Shown here: in pieces, positions 46,964 through 54,925 of the stretch | Numbering within the stretch: position 1 is the first letter of the stretch | How the letters are laid out: each line of letters begins with the position of its first letter | NCBI GenBank assembly: GCA_017549025.1 | Contig: JAFYWB010000055.1 | Coordinates: forward strand, 18,943-82,942 | From: Treponema sp. | GTDB lineage: Bacteria > Spirochaetota > Spirochaetia > Treponematales > Treponemataceae | Direction of reading: 5' to 3' | DNA: 64,000 bases | Notes under the pieces: generated by a model | Databases searched by the model: none | What the model was told of the DNA's origin: nothing | Seen by the model: only the letters and a program-made list of their open reading frames with translations | Made by a program: the position numbers and the translations under genes

Positions 46964-48309
46964 ACAGCCTCCACCAGATTCAAGCCCGTTGCAGTAACGG
47001 TAATATACTTTTGTTCCAAAGCCACCTGAGCTCCAGAATTATTCTTGTATTCAATGTTCAAGATATACTCCCCTGGCTCCAAATTCATTCCTGAAACCCA
47101 AGCCACAGAGGGCAAATAACGAGCAACACGGATATCCGCACGCTCCGAAGCTTCTGTTGACACAACGGAAGCTACTTCCAATACAGAAAATAAAAGCCCC
47201 AAGCCAGAATCAGAAGAATCATCTGCCAAAGTACCCCACACAGTAGAGGTGGTGGACTTTCCAATAGAACGGAGAATTGCCCGTAAATAAATCAAGGTTT
47301 TATGCTGCTCAAAGGTATCCACAGCAATATTGCTAATGCTTTCCAAAGGCTCCAAAAAGACAGAGGCTACAGTCTGAGGAGTTCGCACCGCCTGCCCATC
47401 CAAAATTTCTCCTACAGGAATGGCACTTACCTGAATAGAGCTGATTACGCTATCTTGTCTCCTCATTTCTGGATAAGCAATCTTGTAGTAAAAACCTCCA
47501 ACATCGGAATACAGCCGGAGCACTTCCTCTTCCTTGCGGGGAGATTTTCCAGTAAAGGCAATGATGTTCACCCGTCCCATACCTTGAGGAACTTCCAGCT
47601 CCTGCTGAATGGACTTGGGCTTAGCAAAATTATACAGTGCAGGCTGACTGGCAAAGGCAGAGTCAAGATACTTCATATCTACACGAGCCGAATCAAGCTG
47701 ACCACGGCTACGATACAAAATCATACTGAGATAGCGTGCCAGAGCCGAATTGTGAAAGTTCATTTTTGGTACCGCCACAGGATCTTCTCCATTTGAGGTG
47801 TTTTCCTGATTGGCAGCAGCAATCTTATCGCTATATTTTGCAGAAGCGGTCTTGAGCTTGTTGTCAAAACGACGAATCTCAACAAAGGCATCCTCTATGT
47901 TTCCAAGATGAATATAATTTAAGGCCATGAGGATATTGAGGTAAACATCCTCGAAAATCTCACCGTCATAGTCTACCACCGTGTCGTTCACTAAATAGGC
48001 TGAAATAGACTGACTGATACTTTTTGCATAATATTCTTCTATTTTTTTTTCTGCTTGAGTTAATTCTTGATTGGAACGCTGATACTCACCAGCATAATGG
48101 GAGAGAATGCCTAAATCCAGACTTTGCAGCACCTGATCGTGGGAACTGTAAATTTTGTCGCTGTCAGCAGTTACCACTTGATAGGCAGCTTCGTACTCTC
48201 CAGTATTAAGAGATTGATCTACTGCAGTAAAATCGTAGTTACCCATGGTGGAACAGGAAACGAATATCATTCCTGCCACCACAGGCAACCAAAGGAATTT
48301 CCTAACCAT
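46951..48309 (-). CDS. Lipoprotein of unknown function (452 aa, helical/TPR-like N-terminal half)
   Basis: Lipobox IFVSC. Overlaps both neighbours (13 nt and 1 nt), which indicates an operon. Confidence 0.55.
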   Translation of the reverse strand: MVRKFLWLPVVAGMIFVSCSTMGNYDFTAVDQSLNTGEYEAAYQVVTADSDKIYSSHDQVLQSLDLGILSHYAGEYQRSNQELTQAEKKIEEYYAKSISQSISAYLVNDTVVDYDGEIFEDVYLNILMALNYIHLGNIEDAFVEIRRFDNKLKTASAKYSDKIAAANQENTSNGEDPVAVPKMNFHNSALARYLSMILYRSRGQLDSARVDMKYLDSAFASQPALYNFAKPKSIQQELEVPQGMGRVNIIAFTGKSPRKEEEVLRLYSDVGGFYYKIAYPEMRRQDSVISSIQVSAIPVGEILDGQAVRTPQTVASVFLEPLESISNIAVDTFEQHKTLIYLRAILRSIGKSTTSTVWGTLADDSSDSGLGLLFSVLEVASVVSTEASERADIRVARYLPSVAWVSGMNLEPGEYILNIEYKNNSGAQVALEQKYITVTATGLNLVEAVCLK

Positions 48310-48920
48310 TACATCCTTGTTTTGGACTTGGTGATAACCTTCTTGATTTCAGAATTTTCACCCAGCCACAGTTTTCTGTTGGATTCAATGTCAATGAGCT
48401 CGGCATAAACCCAGTAGGTTCGAGTGGAGGTATTATCCAGCTGATCCACCATGGTTTTGACGGAACCGATAAGCATAAAGTCTGCTCCAGTTTCGTTAGC
48501 AAGACGCTTGGCAGTTTCCTCACTGGCCCAAGCCTGCTGTTCCTCTCGCTCCTGGCGAATCTCACCACGCTCAGAAGAACTGGCTACAAAATCCACCTTG
48601 CCGCTATTGATAAGGGCTACCTCGAATTTCTTGGTGAGAATCGAGGTGTCGATATGCTCATCACTGTCATTGCGAAAATTACCCACAATCACCACAGGCA
48701 ACGCATTGTTGTTGCGGATGTAGTTGGTGATGGCAGGAGCATTTACACAATCAGCAATGAGAGATTCAGCTACAATGCGAACGTCTGTGTCATTCCAGTA
48801 ACCACTTAAATCTGTAATTGTGTCTGGACTGACTCGATCCACCTTAGTAGAACTACAACCAACCAGCACCACGAAAGCCAGCAGTACTACAAGGCCAATC
48901 AAAGAAAGCTTTTTCATCAT
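48309..48920 (-). CDS. LpoB/FlgO-like (COG3417-type) lipoprotein
   Basis: MMKKLSLIGLVVLLAFVVLVGCSS lipobox. LSGYWNDTDVRIVAESLI...PVVIVGNFRNDSDEHIDTSILTKKFEVALINSGKVDFV resembles the LpoB family. GGAGGA RBS before ATG 48920. Confidence 0.65.
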   Translation of the reverse strand: MMKKLSLIGLVVLLAFVVLVGCSSTKVDRVSPDTITDLSGYWNDTDVRIVAESLIADCVNAPAITNYIRNNNALPVVIVGNFRNDSDEHIDTSILTKKFEVALINSGKVDFVASSSERGEIRQEREEQQAWASEETAKRLANETGADFMLIGSVKTMVDQLDNTSTRTYWVYAELIDIESNRKLWLGENSEIKKVITKSKTRM

Positions 48921-48972
48921 ATTTTCCTCCAAAACCAGTATACCATACTTCCATTGAATCAAAAAACGGATC

Positions 48973-50208
48973 CTAGGCTTGTGTCATAAGATAAGCCATT
49001 ACCTGAGAATCGTGAACAAGATTTTCGATAATGGTGTACTCGTTGGGCTGGTGGGCTGTTTCGTCCATGCGGCTCCATACCACCGCCTGATAACCAGCCT
49101 GACGGAGATAGGCTCCCACGGTGCCACCACCAATACCAATGGGGCGGGCATCCACACCACTAACTGCCTTCACAGCCTCGGCCAAACGACGGGCTACAGG
49201 GGCATCTGCAGGAGTAGCGGGAGATTCCACAGCCTGAGGCTCAGTATACTGCACCTTTACTCCGTACTTTTCTTCAACCTCAGCCACACAGCGGTTCACT
49301 TCCTTCCGCACCTGAGCCAAGGTGTAGCAGGGCAGAATGCGGCAGTCCATGCAGAACACATCCTCACCAGGAATGGTGTTGATGTTGGGCACGTTAGCTT
49401 CCTTTTTGGTGGGCTGGAAGGTGGAATAAGGAGGATCAAACAGATCATCCCGCTGGCCAAAAACTGTTTCCAGATTGTTCAGTCGTAGAGCAAGATCACA
49501 GCCAGCCAAAGTAGCGTTGATTCCTTCGTCGGGGCGGCTACCGTGGGTTTGCTTTCCGCTTACCACAAACCGCAGCCACAACAGGTTCTTTTCTGCCACC
49601 TCGATGGTGGAGCCCAAGTTGTCGCCACCGTCAGGAATAACGATAATGTCGTTGGTGCGGAACAGCTGGTGCTGAGCCAACAAGTACTTAATGCCGTACT
49701 CAGATCCAACCTCCTCGTCAGCCACAAACAGCAGCTTGATGGTATGGGGAGGTGTTACCTTGTTCTTGATGAGGGCCAGAGCGGCAAAGGTTCCTGCCAC
49801 CAAGCCCTGCTGATTGTCTTCTACACCACGGCCATAGAGACGGCCATCCTTTTCCACCACCTTCCATGGGTCTGTATTCCAGAGACTGATTTCTCCCACA
49901 GGCACCACGTCGGTGTGAGCCATAATCCAAATGCGGGGAGCGGCAGAATCAGCATCATCGGCACCAGCAATGGTTGCAACCAGATTGGGACGAATGCCAC
50001 TTGCAACTCGGCTATCGGGGGCATCGAATCGTTCCAGCTGGGTAATTCCCTGCTCCTTGAGCCAAGCCTCCAGAGCTAGCACCTTCTGCAACTCGCCTTC
50101 ACCACCACTTTCGGGGGCCAAGGCGGGATGAGAAGTAAGCAGAGTTTCTAAGGCAACCATGCCAGCAGTATTTCCTGCGATCCATTCCTTGAGAACAGAA
50201 AAATCCAT
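48973..50208 (-). CDS. M20-family metallohydrolase (ArgE/DapE-like)
   Basis: MAHTDVVPVG, RGVEDNQQG and FVADEEVGSEYG metal-ligand contexts. Confidence 0.85.
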   Translation of the reverse strand: MDFSVLKEWIAGNTAGMVALETLLTSHPALAPESGGEGELQKVLALEAWLKEQGITQLERFDAPDSRVASGIRPNLVATIAGADDADSAAPRIWIMAHTDVVPVGEISLWNTDPWKVVEKDGRLYGRGVEDNQQGLVAGTFAALALIKNKVTPPHTIKLLFVADEEVGSEYGIKYLLAQHQLFRTNDIIVIPDGGDNLGSTIEVAEKNLLWLRFVVSGKQTHGSRPDEGINATLAGCDLALRLNNLETVFGQRDDLFDPPYSTFQPTKKEANVPNINTIPGEDVFCMDCRILPCYTLAQVRKEVNRCVAEVEEKYGVKVQYTEPQAVESPATPADAPVARRLAEAVKAVSGVDARPIGIGGGTVGAYLRQAGYQAVVWSRMDETAHQPNEYTIIENLVHDSQVMAYLMTQA

Positions 50209-50209
50209 C

Positions 50210-51190
50210 TTATTTTTTCTCCTGATGTTTACAGTAAGCTCCCCAGGTGGATGAAACTAAGGTATCCACATCGGAATGGGTAGCTGACCAGTTCAAGGTT
50301 TCACGAGCGAAGGCAGAGGTAGCATAGAGGCAAGCGGGATCTCCTGCACGGCGACCAACAAAGTCTGCGGGGATTTCCTTGCCAGTAATGCGACGAGCTG
50401 CTTCCAACATCTCTTTAACAGTAACACCTGTCTCACTACCAAGGTTAACCTTAAGGCTTGTTTTTTTAGTAGAAATGTATTCCAGAGCCTTTACGTGGGC
50501 AATAGCCAGGTCTGTAACGTGAACATAGTCTCGGATACAAGTACCATCACGGGTGTCGTAGTCGGTACCGAATACCTGCAGCTTCTGGCGCATTCCGCTG
50601 GCAACCTCCATGATTACAGGCAACAGGTTGGCAGGATTCTGCTCCAATCCACAGGGGAAGCCGTCGGGGTCGTAGCCAGCGGCATTGAAATAGCGAAGTG
50701 CAGCAAACTTCAGTCCCTTCAGCTGGTCGTACCAGTCCATGAACCGCTCAATTTCCAGCTTGGTAAAGCCGTAGTAGTTCTCTGGGTTCTTGGGGTGATC
50801 CTCATTGATGGGAAGATACTGAGGCTCTCCGAAAACGGCGGCAGAGGAAGAGAATACCATGTTGAGGCATCCATGCTTTACTGCTGCATTCATGAGATTG
50901 AGGGTTCCAGTAATGTTGTTGACGGAATATTTTTCTGGGGCTGTCATGGACTCACCAGCTGCCTTGAAGGCTGCCAAGTGAATGAATGCGTCAAAGCCAC
51001 GACTAAAAGCGGCATCGAGATTTTCTGGATGAAGAATATCTCCTGCGATAAAGTCATTTTCTGGGAAGAGGTTCTGCAAAAGTCCAGAAGAAAGGTTATC
51101 AAAAACCGTTACCTTGTGACCAGCCTTCATCAATTCCTTTACTACGTGGCTACCGATATAGCCTGCTCCACCAACAACTAAAACCTTCAT
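50210..51190 (-). CDS. galE: UDP-glucose 4-epimerase
   Basis: VLVVGGAGYIGSH Rossmann motif, YGFTKLE (YxxxK). 326 aa. AAGGAG RBS. Confidence 0.93.
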   Translation of the reverse strand: MKVLVVGGAGYIGSHVVKELMKAGHKVTVFDNLSSGLLQNLFPENDFIAGDILHPENLDAAFSRGFDAFIHLAAFKAAGESMTAPEKYSVNNITGTLNLMNAAVKHGCLNMVFSSSAAVFGEPQYLPINEDHPKNPENYYGFTKLEIERFMDWYDQLKGLKFAALRYFNAAGYDPDGFPCGLEQNPANLLPVIMEVASGMRQKLQVFGTDYDTRDGTCIRDYVHVTDLAIAHVKALEYISTKKTSLKVNLGSETGVTVKEMLEAARRITGKEIPADFVGRRAGDPACLYATSAFARETLNWSATHSDVDTLVSSTWGAYCKHQEKK

Positions 51191-51237
51191 GTCTTACTCC
51201 TTATCTATGGAAAGTAATATTTGTCTTTATAAGAATC

Positions 51238-51266
51238 AGTATACCCCAAGGGAGGGAAAGTAGCAA
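51238..51266 (-). promoter_or_regulatory. Candidate sigma70 promoter of galE
   Basis: On the minus strand: TTGCTA (51266-51261), 17-nt spacer, TATACT (51243-51238). Confidence 0.45.
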
Positions 51267-51270
51267 GTTT

Positions 51271-51588
51271 CTTCACGAACATCATCCCGGGAGGCTGAAT
51301 CCCGAGCCACATCCCGGGAAGCAGGGGAACCAAATTTATCTCGGGAAACAGGGGAATAGGAACATCATCTCTGTGGGCTGGGGAACCCTACCCCGCCTTA
51401 CGCTTCGCAAGCTCAGAGTTCGGCTGGGCAGGGAACTCCCCAGCCCCATGTATAATTTTCGTAGGTTCCCCAGTTTCCCAGAATAATTTTTGTAGAGGGT
51501 TCCCCTGCTCCCCAAGCTATTGCTGGGCGGGGCTTCAAGTTCACGGTCTACTACTCGATAGCTAGTAGATGGGGCTGGATATAAAAAC
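51271..51588. repeat. Dispersed GGGGAAC-rich palindromic repeat element, copy B
   Basis: Termini match copy A. Left: CACGAACATCA.CCC.GGAG.CTGAATCCC.AGCCACATCCCGGGAAGCAGGGGAAC. Right: GGGGCTTCAA.TTCACGGTCTACT..TCGATA.CT.GTAGATGGGGCTGGATA. Internal inverted repeat 51316-51330 / 51499-51513 has 1 mismatch. Confidence 0.8.
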
Positions 51589-51669
51589 TCCCCCGTTACA
51601 GATGGAGCTGAAACGAGGGAGTTTGCCTCCTACACAGGACATTTTCTGGGGAAAATTTATGAATTATGA

Positions 51670-51961
51670 TGCCACACGGATTCGGAAAATCTACGATTTT
51701 CCTAGGCACAGATAAGTTTCTTTTGCTTACAGTGTGTAAGAATTTCCTTTGCTTACACACTGTAAGAGTCCAATCTTACACTGTGTAAGATTGCTTTCTT
51801 ACACAAGGTAAGATTACTATCTTACACATAGTAAGATTCAGCTAATACTACAAGTCCAATTACCCCAGATTTTGCGTAGCAAAATCGAATCTGGCTTTCA
51901 GCCAGTTCTGTAAGGAAGTGATTGGAATAGCGGCTCACGCCGCCTGCGAATCCGTGTGGCA
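51670..51961. repeat. Noncoding module bounded by a perfect 15-nt inverted repeat
   Basis: TGCCACACGGATTCG (51670-51684) and CGAATCCGTGTGGCA (51947-51961). Internal hairpins GGAAAATC-TAC-GATTTTCC (51684-51702) and GATTTTGC-GTA-GCAAAATC (51868-51886). Confidence 0.7.
51726..51836. repeat. Array of five palindromic 16-bp sites (CTTAC-N6-GTAAG) at 23-bp periodicity
   Basis: 51726 CTTACAGTGTGTAAGA; 51752 CTTACACACTGTAAGA; 51775 CTTACACTGTGTAAGA; 51798 CTTACACAAGGTAAGA; 51821 CTTACACATAGTAAGA. Confidence 0.8.
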
Positions 51962-52009
51962 ATCTCCCCATAGCACATTCCTCAAGGCCAGCCCATGGAA
52001 AACTTTCAC

Positions 52010-52093
52010 AAAAAATCCATTTTTTTCTGGAAAAACGCATTTTTTTTCACCTTCAAACCTATAATCTATATGTAAAGAAAAAAAACTTGGAGG
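52010..52093 (+). promoter_or_regulatory. Conserved promoter/5'UTR cassette upstream of Rpn-family gene (copy 2)
   Basis: Near-identical to 7356-7440. TATAAT at 52060-52065. GGAGG RBS. Confidence 0.55.
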
Positions 52094-52983
52094 TAAGATT
52101 GCTAACAGAAGCAGAATTACAGAAAAAGTGGGAAAGTTTGACTTTTACCGATAACTTTATCTTTTCTCGTGTCATGCACGATGAACACATTTGTCGTCAG
52201 GTGGTGGAGTTGATTCTTGGAGTACGGATTGGAAAGATACGTTATCTTTCAGCCCAAGATGAACATAAAACCGACCCAGATTCCATGCGAATCATCATGG
52301 ATGTATTCTTACGAGATGAAAATCGCATTATTAACGTAGAAGTTCAAACTGGTCACAAAAAGGAACTACCTAAACGAAGCCGTTACTATCAAAGCGTGGC
52401 AGATGTGTCCACAACTTCAACAGGAACCAAGTATCGAGATCTACCAGAAAACATCCTCATATTCATCTGTACATTCGATCCATTCGACAGAGATTTTCCC
52501 CGTTACACATTTGAATATACCTGCAAAGAAGCCCAGCACCAGCTCAAACTAAAGGACGGCTCACTCCGCATTTTTTTGAACACTAAGGCCACAAAGCTTT
52601 CAACCCTTGACCAGAAGTTACAAGCATTTTATCATTATTTACAGAAGGGTATTGCTGAATCTGGTTTAACACAAGAAATTTTCAACAAAATCACCACCCT
52701 AAAAAATAATTCCATTGAAAGGAGACATTACATGACACTGGCACTAAAAATGGCTGATATAGAATACGATGCATATGAAAATGGTTTCGAGAGAGGCCAT
52801 GAAGCTGGACTCCAAGCTGGCCTCCAACAAGGAATTGAACAAGGGATTGAACAAGGTCTTGAACAAGGAGCCTACCAAACCAAGCTAGAAACAGCAAAAA
52901 ATCTGCTTTCCATGAACTTCACTCCAACGCAAGTAGCCCAAGGCACCAATCTCCCACTGGACGTGGTACAGAATTTACTGTAA
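52087..52983 (+). CDS. PD-(D/E)XK nuclease family transposase-like protein (Rpn-type paralog)
   Basis: DNFIFSRVM..., IMDVFLRDENRIINVEVQTGHKKELPKRSRYYQS (D...E.Q core). Tail GLEQGAYQTKLETAKNLLS...TNLPLDVV. No ATG near the RBS, so the start is probably TTG 52099 (or TTG 52087 as in the track). Confidence 0.75.
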   Translation: MEVRLLTEAELQKKWESLTFTDNFIFSRVMHDEHICRQVVELILGVRIGKIRYLSAQDEHKTDPDSMRIIMDVFLRDENRIINVEVQTGHKKELPKRSRYYQSVADVSTTSTGTKYRDLPENILIFICTFDPFDRDFPRYTFEYTCKEAQHQLKLKDGSLRIFLNTKATKLSTLDQKLQAFYHYLQKGIAESGLTQEIFNKITTLKNNSIERRHYMTLALKMADIEYDAYENGFERGHEAGLQAGLQQGIEQGIEQGLEQGAYQTKLETAKNLLSMNFTPTQVAQGTNLPLDVVQNLL

Positions 52984-53107
52984 AGGTTGGTTTTTGGAGG
53001 GACAAGAGACGAGATATCGTAGTGCCTTGCCCGCTGACCAGTAGAGGAGCTCCCTCCCCCTAAAGCTCCTTCTCGACTTCCTTCCCGTCCTGTGATACAA
53101 TACTCCC

Positions 53108-53974
53108 ATGGAAAAAATTTCAGTTATCGTAGAGGGTGGCGGAATGCGTGGCATGTACGCTGCAGGAATCCTCGATTGTTTTATCCAGCGGAACATGTAC
53201 TGGAACAATACCTACGGCGTCAGTGCTGGCTCTTGCCATGCCCTGTCTTATATTTCCCGCCAGTTCGACAGAGCCCGCCGAGTCAATGTGAACTATGTGA
53301 AAAAAGCCCGTTATTCAGGCCCCTTGTGTCTCCTTCGTCATGGCACCTACTTTGGCTTTGACTACATCTTCCGCACCATTCCCGCCACCGATTGCGTAGA
53401 TTGGTACACCTTTTTCCAAAACCAAAGCGAAAATCGCAAGTTTTACGTAGTGTCCACCAAGGCAACCACAGGAGAAGCCCACTACATTTGTCCCGATTCC
53501 CCAGAAGCAGCCCTCCTGTGGCTGGAGGCCTCATCTTCCCTGCCCATCATCGGTAAGCCTGTTACCATCGACGGTTTTGACTGGTTCGACGGTGGCATTT
53601 CAGATTCAATCCCCATCCGCCAAGCAGAAAAGGATGGCCACACCAAGCACATTATCATCTTGACTCAGCCTGCAGGCTACCGAAAAAAGCCTGTTTCTAG
53701 CTCCACAGAAAAGGCTCTACGGTTCATGTACAAGAACTATCCTGCGCTCATCGAAACGAATCTTCAGCGTTGGAAAAAATATAACGAAACCTTGGACTAC
53801 ATCCAGCAGCTGGAGCAGGAAGGAAAAGCCTTTGTGTTCCGCCCCGCACCAGAGGTTGTAATTGGTCGCCTGTCAAAAAATCAGAAAACCCTACAGCAGC
53901 TCTACCAAGCAGGCTATGTAGATGCCTGTGAAAAGCTACAGGCTCTGGCTGATTTTGCCCCTTGGGAAAAATAA
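53108..53974 (+). CDS. Patatin-like phospholipase
   Basis: GGGMRGMYAAG oxyanion motif, GVSAGS (GxSxG), FDGGISD (catalytic Asp). Confidence 0.88.
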   Translation: MEKISVIVEGGGMRGMYAAGILDCFIQRNMYWNNTYGVSAGSCHALSYISRQFDRARRVNVNYVKKARYSGPLCLLRHGTYFGFDYIFRTIPATDCVDWYTFFQNQSENRKFYVVSTKATTGEAHYICPDSPEAALLWLEASSSLPIIGKPVTIDGFDWFDGGISDSIPIRQAEKDGHTKHIIILTQPAGYRKKPVSSSTEKALRFMYKNYPALIETNLQRWKKYNETLDYIQQLEQEGKAFVFRPAPEVVIGRLSKNQKTLQQLYQAGYVDACEKLQALADFAPWEK

Positions 53975-54035
53975 TGTCCCATTGTAACAGGCTCATTGTC
54001 CAATTCCCCAAAATGAGTTATATTTGGAGCAGATT

Positions 54036-54884
54036 ATGACAACTGACAACCTTATTTCCAATATATTAGCCTCATACAGCGAATACGGCTGTATTAATCT
54101 TAGCAATTCCCAGAGCTTTCCCAATCGGCAAAACGTAATTGATGTGCTGGTGGAAATCCTCACCTTAATGTTTCCTGGATTCCGTACCGTGGAGCAGCTG
54201 GCAGAAGACAACCTTCGGTATGTAACTGGTGCCAGAGTAAACAGAATTATCACCGGGCTTACGGGAGAAATCAAAAAGGCAACTCTGTACCTGTGCCGTC
54301 AACGTGGTTTGGAGCAGTCTGCTTGTACAAAGCTGGCAGAAAAAACCGCCATTGCCTTGATGGAACAGATTCCAGAAATCCGACGGAAAATCATCCTCGA
54401 CATTGATTCAGCCCTGAAAGGTGATCCAGCCGCTGGCTCCACAGAAGAAATCATTCTTTCCTACCCTGGAATTGAAGCCATTGCCGTACATCGCATCGCC
54501 CACGAGCTGTACCAAAACGGTGTTCCCATCATTCCTCGCATTATGAGTGAATACATCCACGGAAAAACAGGCATAGACATTCACCCTGGTGCCACCATTG
54601 GCGAAGCCTTTTTCATTGACCACGGAACAGGCGTAGTTGTAGGAGAAACCACCGTTATTGGCAATAACGTAAAGCTCTACCAAGGAGTTACTCTGGGTGC
54701 ATTAAGTGTTCACAAGGAGCAACGCTGCTGCAAGCGCCACCCCACTATCCAGGACAATGTTACCATCTATGCGGGAGCCACCATTTTAGGAGGTGATACC
54801 GTCATCGGCGAAGGCAGCATTATCGGTGGTAACACCTGGGTTACGGAATCGGTGCCTCCTCGCAGTATCATCACCATCAACTAG
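54036..54884 (+). CDS. cysE: Serine O-acetyltransferase (long N-terminal form)
   Basis: DPAAGSTEEIILSYPGIEAIAVHRIAHELY, GIDIHPGATIGEAFFIDHGTGVVVGETTVIGNNVKLYQGVTLG (hexapeptide repeats). ATG 54036 follows GGAG. Confidence 0.88.
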   Translation: MTTDNLISNILASYSEYGCINLSNSQSFPNRQNVIDVLVEILTLMFPGFRTVEQLAEDNLRYVTGARVNRIITGLTGEIKKATLYLCRQRGLEQSACTKLAEKTAIALMEQIPEIRRKIILDIDSALKGDPAAGSTEEIILSYPGIEAIAVHRIAHELYQNGVPIIPRIMSEYIHGKTGIDIHPGATIGEAFFIDHGTGVVVGETTVIGNNVKLYQGVTLGALSVHKEQRCCKRHPTIQDNVTIYAGATILGGDTVIGEGSIIGGNTWVTESVPPRSIITIN

Positions 54885-54925
54885 TCTACCTTGACTATTA
54901 TATCGCCTTTCCGTACACTTTTTAT

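Noticed and set aside
48973-50208. The M20 hydrolase as DapE of the lysine pathway
   Set aside because: The genome encodes DapL (LL-DAP aminotransferase), which bypasses the succinylase branch. A specific dapE call is therefore not justified, and the gene is kept as a generic M20/ArgE-DapE-family hydrolase.
51726-51836. The repeat array read as a degenerate CRISPR locus
   Set aside because: The repeats are only 16 bp with 7-10-bp spacers and a 23-bp period. No cas genes are present and no leader is visible. The geometry fits protein-binding iterons, not CRISPR.
51822-52040. 72-aa minus-strand ORF in the large noncoding gap
   Set aside because: It has no RBS. It starts inside the promoter cassette conserved with the 7.3-kb locus and runs through the iteron-like array. 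Its composition is not protein-like.
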